Assembly: GCA_023515725.1 (NCBI GenBank)
Contig: JALDTO010000192.1
Coordinates: forward strand, 857,294 to 921,293
DNA: 64,000 bases
Direction of reading: 5' to 3'
Source of the DNA: Amoeboaphelidium protococcarum X5
Taxonomy: Eukaryota > Fungi > Aphelidiomycota
In this document: piece after piece, positions 13,132-27,333 of the stretch
How positions within the stretch are numbered: the first letter of the stretch is position 1
Layout: each line of letters opens with the position of its first letter
The notes under the pieces: generated by a model
Seen by the model: only the letters and a program-made list of their open reading frames with translations
What the model was told of the DNA's origin: nothing
The model's database searches: none
Made by a program: the position numbers and the translations under genes

Positions 13132-13751
13132 TATACAGGATTGTTTCTTTATAAACTAAAAATCTTAGTGGATTAGAGTGATGAAGAGGGGGGGGGAAAT
13201 CCCACAATCATACGATACTAGCCGCGGATGCGCTCGTTATGCATTCATATCGACTAAAAATAGCATTCCTATCCAATCAGATATCTGGATCATGAGGGTA
13301 ATAATGGTGTAAGTACGAGAATTCAACAATTACTCATTTTTATGAAGCCGTGGCAAATGATTATTTAATAGGGCTCAAACCTGTTTCTAGAGAATGGGAT
13401 GCATGTGGAGTTGATTGTGATGATAATGGATATTGTTGATCAACATTGCCATACCCTACCAGGTGGTAGGATTCGAAAATGAAGTGAGGTCCAGGATATT
13501 GCCGCAATCTCTCAGTTAAAGCTTGAATGTTGAAGATGTTAGATTTGCATGGTTTAATGACGAATTCTTAGATAGCGCGCGCCCTTTAGACTTTAACATT
13601 AAAGGTTGATCTTGCTCGCTCGTTTTATACGCGGTCTGAAACAGGGACGTCTGAAACGAAGTTAAAAGTGTTCCATTTTCTACCTGGCTCAATCTTAATC
13701 TTTGTCACTTTGCATCCTTACTTGATTTGTGCACATAATAATTCTTCCAGC

Positions 13752-14396
13752 ATGATGAATGCCCCTACTTGCTCAATGAATTTACCATCTATGAATGTAC
13801 CTAACGTTCAACTACCTTGACCGTTGTAAAGAGGTCAAGTTGTTAATGTGAACCATGCTGTTGCTGCCTCGAATGATTTGAAGTTAATTGAAGCCAAGAG
13901 AACTCAGAACGAGGTTTATGATGCTACTCTGGCGAAAGCCAAGGTAAGAAATCGTCTGATTGAAGCGGAGACTGTGCCGTTGTTCTTCCCTCGCGCTGCT
14001 GGTGATATTGGAGGGGCCCCTCCTTATATGCTGCCGTTACTTCAACTGCCATAGCAGATTCGTGAGTTGGGTGCTGAATTGCGTGCTGCGTCTAATGCTT
14101 AATTCATTCAGATGGACGTGAATGTAAAGAAGTTAATCAATGGTACTCGTGGTGATGGATTCTATTCTTCTTATGAGTAGGTTCCAGTCAATGTTAACGG
14201 CATCCCCCATTTACCAACCGAGGCTGGTTTGCCTGCGTTAACCAGTGTAAACGTTATTAATCAGTTAACGATTGATTAATTGCGTGAGACGATGGCATTC
14301 TACGGTTTGGACTTTGAGGCATTCCATGCGGATGAAGCAGAACAGCGCATGAAAATAGCCCTATTGGATCATATTGGTAACATCACCAAAATCTGA
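13752..14396 (+). pseudogene. Mug135-like C-terminal domain protein with in-frame TGA at codon 23
   Basis: C-terminus NGTRGDG..YEQVPVN..LPALTSVNVINQLTIDQLRETMAFYG...LLDHIG fits the Mug135-like pattern; TGA at 13818-13820 interrupts an otherwise open frame. Confidence 0.55.
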
Positions 14397-14691
14397 TCAA
14401 GTTGCCAGATTTTTATCTTCTGCCTCTATGTCTTTCCCTCTCTCTGTCCCTCGTCTTTTTCTCTAAAACTACTAAAAATGAATTATTTAAAATACATTTC
14501 AAATCTCTTCGGGGAATTACATTAAGTATTGCAGTATGAATGAAATGAAATCAAAATTGTGCATAAACATGAGTGGTGTGATATAAAACGATCTCGAAAC
14601 TTGTCGGGAAATGAATAATGGAACGGCTCGCTGCGTCACATTCTATAGCCTTTAAATCACCTTTCAACATACTCTATAATCACCATAATTA

Positions 14692-15730
14692 TCACTTTTC
14701 CTTGAGAAGATACTTGTTACTGATCACTTTGAAAGTCATATCACCGTCCACCTGCTTGAGCACAATTCCCTCACGCTCACAACTTCCCGCCTTTCCGATT
14801 ACACTTTTACCTTCAGCAAACTTCAATAAATCGTCAATATCAGCACTTATATTCTGAATGCTCTCAGTTTGGCAAATTACTGGCACATGTTTCAATCCCA
14901 TCGTTTAGATCAGTTAACGACGATCAGCGGGACGCAGATATGACGCGTCTTGTATCTTATAAACGTCGAATACATGGAATTCGGCAGCCTCAAGTTTATA
15001 AATGTTGCCTTAGATTTTTGGACCGATCAGCTCTCCTTGAATAGCAAAATCACTCATTGACATAAAGCGCATCTTGTCTTTAATACCGTATTTACGCGCT
15101 GTCTACCAAAACGGATCGCTTTCAGAAACTTCCAAGTCACAATTGCGACTGCAGACACCAAATTTGCCATCAATTAGGTAGCAAGGCATACTGCTACCCT
15201 CCAGCTTCTCAGTAATCTCAAATTAGATACCAGCTTTTCTAGCAGACTCAATCTCTTCCACTATGTTTTACACTCGCTCCTGATCAGTTTTCGGAATAGC
15301 AGACGGGAAACCTGCCAATGGCCGTTAATTGTTATCACCGCCAGTGTATTCACGAACAGGCCGTTCCCACTTCTTTATACCTAGTAGTTCTGTGACATCA
15401 TCACCTACGCGCCATTCACCGTCCTTAAGCCCTTGATTGCATGGTATCAACAGTCCCTGACTCAATTGACCCCGCAGCTTAACTGTACGAAGACGTTCAC
15501 CTTTTACGCCTTCAAATTCACGAGGCTCTTTACCTTTGCACCAGTAAGTAAGGGGCTAACTCATAGGGGATCCAACTATCAATCTCAAAGAATACGGCCA
15601 AGCTCCCTTGGCTAAACTCGCCCTTCTTAACAACAACTTTCCAGCCACCGACAGTGGCGCATTCAATGGCATCAGCTCCATCAATTGGCTTAAGAGTATC
15701 GATTTTCCGAATCGTGGCTAGTTTACGCAT
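14692..15730 (-). pseudogene. Rnl2-family RNA ligase (DRB0094 type) with one frameshift near 15541-15544
   Basis: MRKLATIRKI..IDGADAIE..VGGWKVVVKKGEF..FEIDSW, LRTVKLRGQLSQGL, IPKTDQERVQN, TEKLEGSS (motif I), VCSRN, QGELIGPKIQGN, EREGIVLK, FKVISNKYLL. Removing 4 nt restores a 345-codon frame. Confidence 0.85.
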
Positions 15731-16474
15731 TCTTACACTGGAATTAGTGGTGGTAGATGACAATTGCCTGATTTGTCTATTTTACTAAGACTGGTATAAC
15801 AACGATGACTTTTAATATCTATTAAAATCGCTAGTACAAATTAATGTGTTTGAGCGCGTCTAGTTTCTATAGCAACGCGTCAAATGTCTCAGCATTATCA
15901 AAGTAATGTGGTATAATAGGAAGCTTACGACTCCTAAGCCAATTATTTTGTATGATTCAGTTTATGGGACGATCAAGCTCGATAAAGACCGCTAAGAATG
16001 GTAGCTTGAGAGCACTTGTAAAGCGTATGAGGGTTTATAAAAGTATGAAAAGCTCTAGAATCAAATGATATCGACTGGTGTTAAAAACACTTGATGTAAT
16101 GATGTAATAAAACAAAAAATCAGTTGTACTACAGGTAGCAAATCTTTTATTCATAATGCGTTCACGATTCTGCCAATTATCATAATGTCATTTCAGAGTA
16201 TTTCAAATCATCACCAGCCAATTATTTGCCTTAATTTATACTTCCAATTCTTTGCACTTAAATCGAATATAAAGAAATACAAAAATTACATAAGGCTATG
16301 TACAAAGATCAAGTTTACATAATCGTCTCACTTTTGATTGAGGACTGCATTTTTTCCATTGAGTGCCACCCTCTGATCTAAAGTCAGCTCTTTTCTTCTG
16401 ACGCGTCTGGAGAATCACCAAAAACTAGTTTCTTGTACAATTTTGATTTAGCTGCTGTTCAATTTGGTCGAGAA

Positions 16475-19159
16475 ATGTACATAATCCTCTTACTGCTTCT
16501 GGTCATTCAAAGCTGGGTTCCATGCAAGGCTGAGTACATGGTGGGTGTCGGTATTCACGATGTCACGGGACCGATTGGTGGAGTGAATATGATGGGATAT
16601 GCCATGGTTGATCAGATTAGCCAAGGTATTCTGACTAGATTGCGCGCAAGAGCATTCATCTTTGAGTAATGCTATGCTAATGCTACCTACTAGAGTTTAC
16701 TTAAAACTGGTCATCATCATTAGAGTTAGTGTAATCGCGTTGTGTATGTAAGCGTTGATTCTGCAATGATTAGTCAGAATGTAAAGGCTCATGTGATTTA
16801 AAAGTTGCATCAAAATGGTTATGTGCAGTATAAGTAGTAGAATGTTCTGCTAAGTGCCACACATACTCACTCTTCAGCTGCTGGATTTCATGAATACTTG
16901 CTGTATGATATAACCTCCATGGGCTATGTACGCGAAAGTGAGTTGGCCTTGGTTGATGGTATTTATGGCGCCATTGTTCGTGCTCATCATAACATCAAAG
17001 CGTCCAGTATTCGGATCAATAAAGGCCGACTTGATGGTGCTAATATTAACAGAAGTCCAACGGCATATCTTGCAAATAGAGCTGAGCTTCGTGCTCAGTA
17101 TGCAGAGGATGGCGACACTGAAAAGACAATGACCACTCTGAATATTCAAGATTCTTTATCGCGTTCACCTAGAGGTGCCATAGCATTCTTTAGCGTTCAT
17201 GGAACCAGTATGAATAATACTAATCGTTTGCTGAATGGTGATAATAAAGGCTATGCATCATGGCTCCTTGAGAAGGAGATGAATAATAACTATAACGTGT
17301 AAGATTAGTATCTTCCTTATACTCACCCAAAAGTGCACAAATCAGTGAAATCTGGAGATTATTTTGTTGCAGCATTCGGTCAAGTACAAGAGGGAGATGT
17401 TAGTCCTAATATATACGGTGCCTTCTGTCTGGATACTGGTCTTCCATGTGATAAGCACCATTCCACATGCCCAGATAAGAAAGGTAGACCGCGCAATAAG
17501 ATGTGTCATGCGCGTGGTCCTGGATTTAATTCATCTGATGGTGATGTGGAGAGTACAAGGATCATTGGACTGAGATAGTATTTGAAAGCACGCGATTTAT
17601 TAAAAGATGCTAGTAATTCAGCGTAGGAGGTGAGTGGTTCTGTTGATTATGCTCATGCTTGGGTAGACATGTCGAAAGTCAATGTTAATCTCTCACTGCT
17701 AAATCATACCACCCACCGTGAAATTATAGTGTCAACATGTAAGCCAGCAAGAGGATACAGTTTTGCTAGTGGTACCAGCGATGGTCCTGGCGAATTTGAT
17801 TTTATTCAAGGTGATAATTCCACTGGTACTCCATTTTGGAATTTTATCAAGTAGTTCATATCTAAGCCATCTGAGGAACAGGTCAAGTGTCATTATCCAA
17901 AGCCTATTCTGTTAAATACTGGTGAAATCAAGAAGCCATACTTGTGGGAGCCATAGATTGTCGATATTTAGATACTGAAGATTGGCAACTTGGTTCTACT
18001 TGGTGTACCAGGTGAATTCACCACTATGGCTGGTAGATTGCTTCGTTCCGCTGTGAGAGACATCTTTGTGCACAGTGGTATCATCGCGGAAAGTGATATA
18101 TCTGTAATCATTGCTGGTCTGAGTAATTCATATAGTGGATATGTCACGACTTTTGAAGAGTATCAGGTGCAAAGATATGAAGGCGCGTCTACGATATATG
18201 GTCCTCATGCTTTGGATGCTTATATTCAAGAATTTTCTAGACTTGCATATTAAATGGCTTAAAAGTATAACAGTAATGTTCAGACACCAGTTTTTCCTGC
18301 TGTAACACATGATCCAACAGTACCGCCAGTTGATTTCACAGATAAGCTGTTGACTTTCCTACCTGCAGTCATTTTTGATGCCGTTCCACCTCTGAGTTCA
18401 TTTGGATCTGTATCGCAGGATGTGGAATCTCTGCAACCGTATCACATTGGGGATGTGGTGAATTCGACTTTCTATGCTGGACATCCGCGTAATGTCGCTC
18501 AGAATTCCGAATGGTAGTTGGAGGGAAGTTTTGCTTCAGTGGAGAAATGGGCCGGTCCTTCGATGGATCTCATTAGATTTGAAGTTGAAAAGTTTGGCTC
18601 AGTTTTGATTTAGTAAGTAATGGGACGTGATATTGTATTTTCTGTGTAATGGGTGCCTGACTCTGACTGTTACTTTATGAAATACGATTTGAATTTGCAG
18701 TTTAATGATAACAATTAGTAATAGTAACTGGTCATATAGGATGAGAACGTTGAAATGACGACTGAGAACTAAAAGTTTACAGTGTATGCTTACGTTAGTA
18801 ATGGTGAATTGCATCTCTCTGAATTCTAACCAACCGCTGATATTGTCAAAGATCTGAAATAGTTATGGATACGCGTCAGAGATGATGATGACTGGGATCT
18901 GAAAATGAAATGGTGGAAGCCGGTCGCTGGTGTCAGCGCAATATCTTATGCCCAGTTGATTTGGAAGATTTCCGATCGTCCTGACCAAGACGTAGTTACT
19001 ACACGTCTGCTTACCTCTGACCATGATATGAGTGCATTTAATCCCCCAACACCAAGTGCGGCTGGTACATATCGACTAAAGTATGAAGGTGCGCACAAGA
19101 GTATATTTGGCTAGATTAGGAAGCATACTGGTGTTAGTTCATTCTTTGTAGTCTATTGA
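16475..19159 (+). CDS. Neutral/alkaline non-lysosomal ceramidase, secreted, 894 aa
   Basis: Signal peptide; NMMGYAM, RLRARAFIF, SATHTHS, NRSPTAY, VHGTSMNN, GDNKGYA, GDVSPN, PGEFTTMAG, QRYEGASTIYGP; intronless in code 6. Confidence 0.95.
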
Positions 19160-19166
19160 TTTGGTA

Positions 19167-19188
19167 TCTCTCTCTCTCTCTCTCTCTC
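19167..19188. repeat. (TC)n microsatellite
   Basis: About 11 TC units just after the ceramidase stop. Confidence 0.8.
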
Positions 19189-19521
19189 TTTAGGTGAGTG
19201 TAAATTTTGGTATCGCGTCGACTGTCTTTGAAATGTTATGAAGAATTATCAAAGTTGTAATACATAAGCAATCAATTCCTTAATATAAAAACATATTTAG
19301 TATCATACTTGAATATGTCTTAATTCTTGAATATAGTTAATATTGTATTCCGATAGTGTAGCGTTGGAATAATGACCGTTCATTTGTTCGTTCATTTGTT
19401 CGTTCGTTTGTTCGTTTTAAGCTTTCTCCTTTCTCTTCTCCTTTCCGCGTCTTGTTGTTAGTGCTTTAAACTGCACATCACAAGTGTCACTTTCCATATA
19501 CCATAGTAGAGTACATCAAGT

Positions 19522-20935
19522 ATGGTGGCTTCCTCAGTTTTCATACTGGATCTCAAGGGGAAAGTGCTCATCAGCAGGAACTATCGAGGAGACATCCCAG
19601 TGTCTGCCATTGAAAAGTTTATGCCTCTCATCATTGAACATGAAGAATCTGGTGAGAACGGCAGTGGATATGCACCACCCATTATGACTGATGAAGGAAT
19701 CAACTACTTTCACATAAAACATAATAACGTTTACAGTAAGAATATTTTAAATGATTATGATGATTGTAACTGATATATGAATGTGTTTGTGTGTAGTTGT
19801 TGCGCTGAGTCGAATGAATTCCAATGCCACTACAATCTTTGTATTTCTGCACAAGTTGATTAGTGTATTTACAGAGTATTTCAAAGAGCTGGAAGAGGAG
19901 TCTATTAAGGACAATTTTGTGGTTATCTATGAGCTATTCGATGAGATTATGGACTATGGTTATCCGCAGACTACTGAGACCAAGATATTGCAGGAGTACA
20001 TCACTCAAGAGAGTTTCCAGATCATGGAGAGTACACAGGCACGTCCACCGTCCGCTCTCACTAGCTCCGTGTCTTGGAGACCAGAAGGTATCAAGTATAG
20101 ACGCAATGAAGTGTTCCTGGACGTGGTTGAGTCTATCAATATGCTGGCCAACAGCAATGGTAATGTGATCAAGAGTGAGATTGTCGGTGCAGTGAAGATG
20201 AGATGTTATCTCAGTGGTATGCCTGAGCTGCGTCTCGGATTGAACGATAAGGTGATGTTTGAGAATGCTGGACGTGCACCTACCAAGGGCAAGGCTATAG
20301 AGATGGAAGATGTCAAGTTTCATCAGTGTGTCCGTCTGAGTCGCTTTGAGAATGATCGCACTATCAGCTTCATTCCTCCGGATGGAGAGTTTGAATTGAT
20401 GTCATACCGTCTGAATGCCCAGGTGAAGCCACTCATTTGGTGTGAGTCTGTGGTGGAACATTATGGTGGTCGTGTGGAGTACCTGGTCAAGGCCAAGGCT
20501 CAGTTCAAGAGAAGATCCACTGCGAATAATGTGGAGATTTATATCCCGGTGCCTGAAGATGCAGATACTCCCAAGTTCAAGGCTACTATCGGTAATGTGA
20601 GCTATGTACCAGAGAAGAGTAGCATCTTGTGGAAGATTAAGCAGTTTCCTGGAGGTAAAGACTTTGTGATGAGAGCCCATTTTGGACTGCCCACTGTGAA
20701 GTCTGATGATCCGGATAAGAGACCGCCGATATCGGTAAAGTTTGAAATACCATACTTTACCACTAGCGGTATTCAGGTGCGTTATTTGAAAATTATTGAG
20801 AGCAGCGGGTATCAGGCGCTGCCTTGGGTGAGGTATATCACTCAGCATGGTGACTATCAGATGAGAATGCCTGATCCTGTGAAAGGCAACGGGCCTGGAA
20901 GTGCTGATTAGAATTTACTGTTGAAGAGGTTTTGA
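19522..20935 (+). CDS. AP1M1: AP-1 adaptor complex mu subunit; intron 19736-19796
   Basis: ILDLKGKVLISRNYRGD, DNFVVIYELFDEIMDYGYPQTTE, LSGMPELRLGLND, IPPDGEFELMSYR, YQALPWVRYITQ; TAG at 20909, then TGA at 20933. Confidence 0.96.
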
Positions 20936-21877
20936 TCTTTGACCTTGCTTGATACTTGATATTAATAGTAAAGTTATAGTGAGCTTACTGTGTATAGATC
21001 TCTTTTTTGATTGACATTTTTCCATATTTTTTGAAAGTCAACTTTGAACATGAAACATGCATGCTCTTGTCACAGTTTCGTTCATGTACAGTATATGCGA
21101 GTGAGGCTTTAACGAACGACAACTTGTCAGAACTTCAATACGATTATTATGAGCTTACACGTCAGATTTTCCACTTGCTGGTACTTACAAACTTATTGTA
21201 ATTTCATGAGCTTGTACTGTTAATTGACAGTCTATCTAAAGCTACTCGTGCGAAAAAATGATGGGATGTTAGTCAAAATCTATATCAATGTCCAAAGACG
21301 TGAAGGGTGCGTTCAAACATTGCCTCGCGTACCGCTTAGATCAAAGTAACACCAGTCTAAGATATTAATATCAGACGAAGCATCACATTAGATCCTCGAA
21401 AAAATAGACGTTGACTATATAATTACTATGACCGTTAAAAAAACTTGGAAATTCAATGGAATTGTAAAATTAGTAATTGCAATACGTACACTAAAAATTG
21501 TTTACATCGCTTTAAGCGCAGTTAGGCAGAGCTTTGTACAGTAAATCAAGGTACAATGAAACAAAAGAGGCGGATCAAATTTCTCGACATGCTGAGTTCA
21601 CCTGCAGACAGAGATCATCATCAAATCAAATAACGCTGAAGATTATTGTTCTCTAAATATTCTATACTTATTCGTACTTCAATTCAAAAACATAGAACAT
21701 ATAAAATCATATATTCTTACATACACATGGAGCATGAAGTAAGGGGTATTCCTTAAGAATTGAAGGAAGTTCACACTAGACAGTTTTGATCGGTCGGCCC
21801 GGAGACTAGAATCAGTGATCCCATTTCTATTACAAATCTGGAGATTAGAATTTAAATAATATCTTATCATACGAGAG

Positions 21878-23929
21878 ATGAAACTCCCAGCGATATTTAT
21901 TATCATCACCATTCTGGTCTTGCTATTTGGCACGATGGCAATGCCTCCCAAGAGTAAGAAAAAGTCCTAGTCATCGAAGCGAAAGTAATATAAAAATCAT
22001 TCAGATTAAAGTCCCACTATTGATGAAAATGAAGATTACTAGAATAAAGACGCGTTCAGATAGATGGTATCTGATAATCCTCTCCTCGCTACTTACAATC
22101 CAGATTATATTGATGATGAGGTGATGCAAAAACGCGTATTAGATGGATATCTTTATACTCACGAGTATCTAATCTCCTCGCTGAATTATCTAAAGCCTCA
22201 GATTAAAGACCGCAGCGAGTTCTACTAATCCTTTCTTACTAGATGGTTGATATTGTAGTAGTATGAGACCTCAGATACAGAGATGGAACTTGCGATGTAG
22301 CATGTAACGGCTGCCAATGTATTGTAGTAAAGTTTGAATAAACCCTCCCTGCTGATGTACATGTCCTTTTTCGACAATGCATTAGAAGCTCTTTTGGATC
22401 GCCGTCTCTCCAAAGCTCATATTTATAATGTGATGGTCAATCTCGTCAGTGCTTTGGGCTCGTCTTTATCTACGATGGAATCTGCACTTGACGCACTACG
22501 CGGTGTGATTGAGCGGTTGGTACGGAATATGGAGGGCATGCCCGCTTTCAAACGGTAATATCCGTTGTTTAAATAATTGGAAGCTCTTAGGAAAATAAGC
22601 GTAATGTAATTAAGTGCCTTAGAGAAGTTGATAGAGATTCTACGGGAAATAAAGCTTTTTAACGTGGATAGTGTGCGTTAATCAATTAGGATGACTGTCG
22701 CAACGTTAAGGGGATAAGGCGTCACGAATCCAGAATTCTCAAACGTAGTACTACTTTCAGGGGAGTCTCATATAAGCTTTCTATAGTTACATTAGATTCT
22801 ATTTCCCATTGTGGCAGAGAATAGAAACTTTTTGGACTAGTTGGGTATGGTGTATGAAAAAGCACGGAAACTTTCGTTCAAAAAAACTTCCTATACGTAA
22901 ATTTCTGAATATCTGGACTCTGAAGGTTTTTAGAGACTTATAGATAATATGCTGACCAAAAGTCCTGACTAGCATCTTACTGCTTTTGATCGGATGACTG
23001 CCCAGTTTTATGAGGAATCTGGCTACTCTGTCTAGATGCAACTGATGCTTGATATATCTGATAAGCGATTCACTACATAAGTCTCTATTGCATCTGTTGT
23101 TCTTTAAGGGCATAGTATATTCTAAAAATTTTGTTTGTAGGCAATGCCCATGATTGAATAGCTGGTGTAAAAGTATAGGCTGCGCGAGTCTGATATACCT
23201 CATGACTTTGCACCTTTACAACTAGAACAGTCTCCTCACTGCTCATTCGTATCTAATCACCGTGAGTCAGTACTCTGCTAAAGTGAAGATGGCACGCTCA
23301 GTAATCGCATGAGTGAACTTGATCTATTGCATACTGCAGATTCAAGTGATGCTTAACTAGAAGGTTTGCCTGCAGAAAGCGACGTTGTTCTCGATCCTTA
23401 ATACAAAGATGAAGTTGATTTTGATCTTGACACTGACAATGAGGATGATGAGATTTAGTCTTAGGATGATTTTCAAGTTAATTTGCCTGATGCTTCTTCT
23501 CAGTATTCACGTAATAGTGAGGAAGTTGTTCCATTTAGAAATAGCAGAAAAGAAATTTGCGCTGATAGGTAATACTATGACAGGTATCAATATGTTAGAT
23601 CTGGCACGTTGATTTCACTACAGCGGGTTGTTTTCTCTGCTGATTAGTTATTCAAGCTCTGCCAGATAACTGACGGCTCTACTAAAGGCGGTTACAATGT
23701 GAAGTACAAAGAGTTTCTGTAACTTTTGGCCGAGTTTGACGCTGATGTTACACCTTTGACTGGAAGCATATCTCGCATCACAATTCTAATGAGAGGTACT
23801 CATCCTCTGTCTATTCACGGTCCTCATTCAGGGAATGTTGAGTTGGGTAGAGGCGTTATAAAAGGTGCAAGACGTGTATTGGACTATTACTAAATTCTCC
23901 CGGAGAACTTCAAGCCAATAAATGAATGA
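21878..23929 (+). CDS. Secreted protein with C-terminal HicA-like domain, paralog 2 (683 aa)
   Basis: Intronless frame. MKLPAIFIIITILVLLFGTMA-MPPKSKKKSQSSKRKQ; ends VKYKEFLQLLAEFDADVTPLTGSISRITILMRGTHPLSIHGPHSGNVELGRGVIKGARRVLDYYQILPENF. Confidence 0.85.
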
Positions 23930-24532
23930 TTGAAATAATGAACTTTGACGTTAGAATAGATTAAGTAGAATGATTGCTCAAAGTGTTTACTTAATGTTAG
24001 AATGATTGCTTTTATTGACGAATCGATCATTTTAATTCAACGATCGCTTCTCCTTTAACGCAAGTTTTAAGCATACCATTAAAACACGCTCAGAAAGATA
24101 ACTGTGATTTATCAAAATGAGCGAGACGACTATATGGTAACGTGATCTTACTGAAAGTATGAGAAGTATACCATTTTGATGCGCAAGATGTGCAATAACA
24201 AAATGAGACACACAGAGTTCAATGCTCTTATTGTTAATGTATTTAATGACATGCAAAATTTATAATCTTGTAATTGTAGCACATGTAGCCGATGCGTAGA
24301 TCTTTGATAATCTAAAGGATATACGGAACTGTAAAGTGACGATGCGAACCGTGTTTATTTCAGGGGAAGCAGATGCGGGATTTTCGATCAACGGGGCTCG
24401 TGCTCGAGCGGAGTTTCAATCGGAACAGGGGCTGCGAGCACATGCTAGCTAAATTTAACGTCAAGGTCACATTTTAATGATCATTGTATATTATATCAAA
24501 GACATAATAACTTCTGATATAATTGCTATAAT

Positions 24533-26611
24533 ATGCTGAGAATGTAACTTATCAGGCTATGCCTTTTTGTGATGCTCTTCATGTTATTATCCACGTTGGC
24601 AATGCCCCCAAAGAGTAAAAAGAAGGGCGCGTCATCTTAGCATAAGCAGTCTCGACATCATTCTCATGAAGGCACTGCAAAAAATGAATAGGAGGAAGAT
24701 CTTAATATTGACGCGTTTAGATACATGGCATCTGATGATCCTCTCCTCGCTACCTACAATCCCGACTATATTAATGATGCGGTGATGTAAAAGCTCGTAT
24801 TAGATGGATATCTGTACACTCACGAATATCTAATCTCTTAGCTTAACTATATTAAGCCTTAGATCAAACATGCCAACGAATTTTACCATTCGATATTGGT
24901 CAGATGGATGACACTATAGTAAGATTTTTCTGATGCAGAATTTGTTTATGCAATGTAGCATGAAATGGCCGCCAATCTGCTGTAAGACTCTTTAAATCTG
25001 CCCACTGTACTTCTATAGATGTCCTTTTTCGACAATGCATTATAAACTCTGCTTGATGGTCGCCTATCCAAGGCCCACATTTACAACATTGTTGTTAATC
25101 TCATCAGTGTTTTGAGTACATCTTAATCTGAGGCTGAGTCTGGGAATGGATTTCTTCGCCGCATTTAGGATACGTTGATTAAGTAGTATAGCAGTCTTTC
25201 TGCACAACAAAGATAAAAAGCGGAATCTAAGAGACTAAAAGCTTTTATTAAAGTTATTGGAATGTAGTATGAAGCGTCAGAGAAATTGATAGAGGTTATT
25301 CGCGGCATTTAGCTGTTCGATATTGATGATGTGCGTCGATCCATCAGAAAGACGATCTCAACGTTGAGAGGAGAAGGTACATCCAATTCGGCATCATGCT
25401 AATTTTTCCTATTCCTGGGTGAACCTTTTATCGGATATCTACAGCTGTATCAAGTCCTTTATCCTATAGTGTCATAGAATGATAAATTTGTGCAGTAGTT
25501 GCGTGGTGTGCATAGGAAATCGCGTTTGCTTTCGCTTCAACATACTTCCTAATCGTAGTTGTCAGCTTAACTTGACAATCCTGATGTCGGGAAATTTCTT
25601 AATTAGCATAGAACTACGGACTCTAGTAAGCTCTTGGCCAATATAAATCGAATGACTGCAGATTTTATTGACTAAACTCGATAGGTTCACTATATGCAGA
25701 AGATGATTGAAGTGTCTCAGAGTCGATTCTCTTTGAATCCGGATCCTATTGCATCTGTCATCTTGTAAGGGCATCGTATATATAAAGAGTATAGTTAGAT
25801 TGCGATGCCCATGATTGGATAGTTGGTTTAAGTAAATCGGCTGCGCGAGGCTGATATTCCTCATGAGTTTTCTCCTGAATAGCGTCTATAGCTACACTGT
25901 CCCTCTGCCTCGGCTGATTAGCGTGAATCTCCTCTACCTTGTTAAAGTTAAAGCGACATTTTGAGCAGCCTTGTGAGTAAAGTCGACATTTATGAATCTG
26001 CTGATCTTGGAGATGAGTCAGAAGGAGGTGTTCCAGTGTCAAACGGAAAAAGCAATTTTGTCATCGACCCTTACTATAAGAATGAGGTTGATTTTGATAT
26101 CAAGAGCGATTCCGAAGATGGAGAGGTTTAGCCTTTGAATGACTAGCGGTTATCTTTACCGCCATCTACTAGTTCTTCTCACAATTTGGACTCAAGTTAG
26201 TAGTTAGTTGTGCCCTAAATAAATGGTAGGAAGGAGATCTGCAGTGGATGGAAAAACTATGACAAGTATTAGTTTCTTATGTCAGATCTACTGATGTCTC
26301 TCGAGTATGCAATCTTTACGCCCGAGTAATTATTCACTCTCTGCCAGATAACTGATGGCGCGACTAAAGGCGGCTACAATGTGAAGTACTCCGAGTTTCT
26401 GTCACTTCTGTCTGAGTTTAATGCGATTATAACTCCCTTGACTGGCAGTATTACACGGATCACTGTTCCGATGAAAGGGACACATCCTTTGTCTATTCAC
26501 GGTCCTCATTCAGGCAATGTAGAATTGGGAAGAAGAGTTATCAAAGGAGCTAAACGTGTTTTGAACTATTATGAGATTCTACCGGAGAATTTCTAGCCTT
26601 TACATGGTTGA
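24533..26611 (+). CDS. Secreted protein with C-terminal HicA-like domain, paralog 3 (692 aa)
   Basis: MLRMQLIRLCLFVMLFMLLSTLA-MPPKSKKKG; collinear with paralog 2 (DAFR..SD.PLLATYNPDYI, LDGYLYTHEYLIS, MSFFDNAL..LLD.RLSKAHIYN); same C-terminal domain. Confidence 0.85.
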
Positions 26612-26708
26612 AGTGAATGTTTGAATCAAGTTTTAAGTTGAAATTCTAATGATATAGTTTTTTAATGATTCTTACATAGTATTCTTACATAGTATAAATC
26701 ATTATCTT

Positions 26709-27333
26709 AAATATGTACGTGGGTGAGACGGAGAAGAACGTACGTGATATTTTTGCCAAAGCTTCTAAAGGGAAGCGAACCATCATTTTCATGGATGAGC
26801 TGGGCGCTATGGCTCCTCGCCGTTAGTCTGAAGGTGTAATGAGCAGGGTAGTGAGTTAGCTTTTGGCGGAGATGGATGGTATTTAGTAGTAGCAATCATC
26901 ATTGGACGATGGTGATGGTTTAATGGTGTTTGTTATTGGTGCCACTAATAGGATTGATTTCCTTGATCCTTCTTTATTGCGAACTGGTAGATTTGATAGA
27001 CTGATATATTTGGAGACTGCAACAACTAAGGAGAGTCAGCTCAAGATTCTACAGGCTCAAACTCGAAAGTTGAGCTTGGATGATTCCGTAGATTTGCAGT
27101 AAGTTTGTAATTAGATACCGTTGTCTACATGGACTGGTGCTGACTTTAAAGCGTTGTGCAATGAAGCAGTTATGCGTGCAGTTTCCCGGAATATCGAAAA
27201 GCTGGAGCGTGACATGTAAGGCTACGTGAACTTTAGGCAGCAACAGTCTGCAGCTGCACCTCTTGGTATGATGAAGGGTAAATTGTCTAATCTGATGGCC
27301 AAGAGAAATGTTACAGCGCATCATTAAATTAGT
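26709..27333 (+). pseudogene. Inverted partial duplicate of the PEX6 D2 AAA region
   Basis: Near-identical to the reverse complement of about 29955-30580; starts after Walker A; Walker B region reads MDELGAM instead of MDELDAM. Confidence 0.9.

Noticed and set aside
14692-15730. Bacterial contamination explaining the RNA ligase
   Set aside because: It uses the host TAR=Gln code and is embedded among eukaryotic genes.
21260-21700. Possible Tc1/mariner transposase relic
   Set aside because: Only a vague resemblance; no DDE motif or terminal inverted repeats found.
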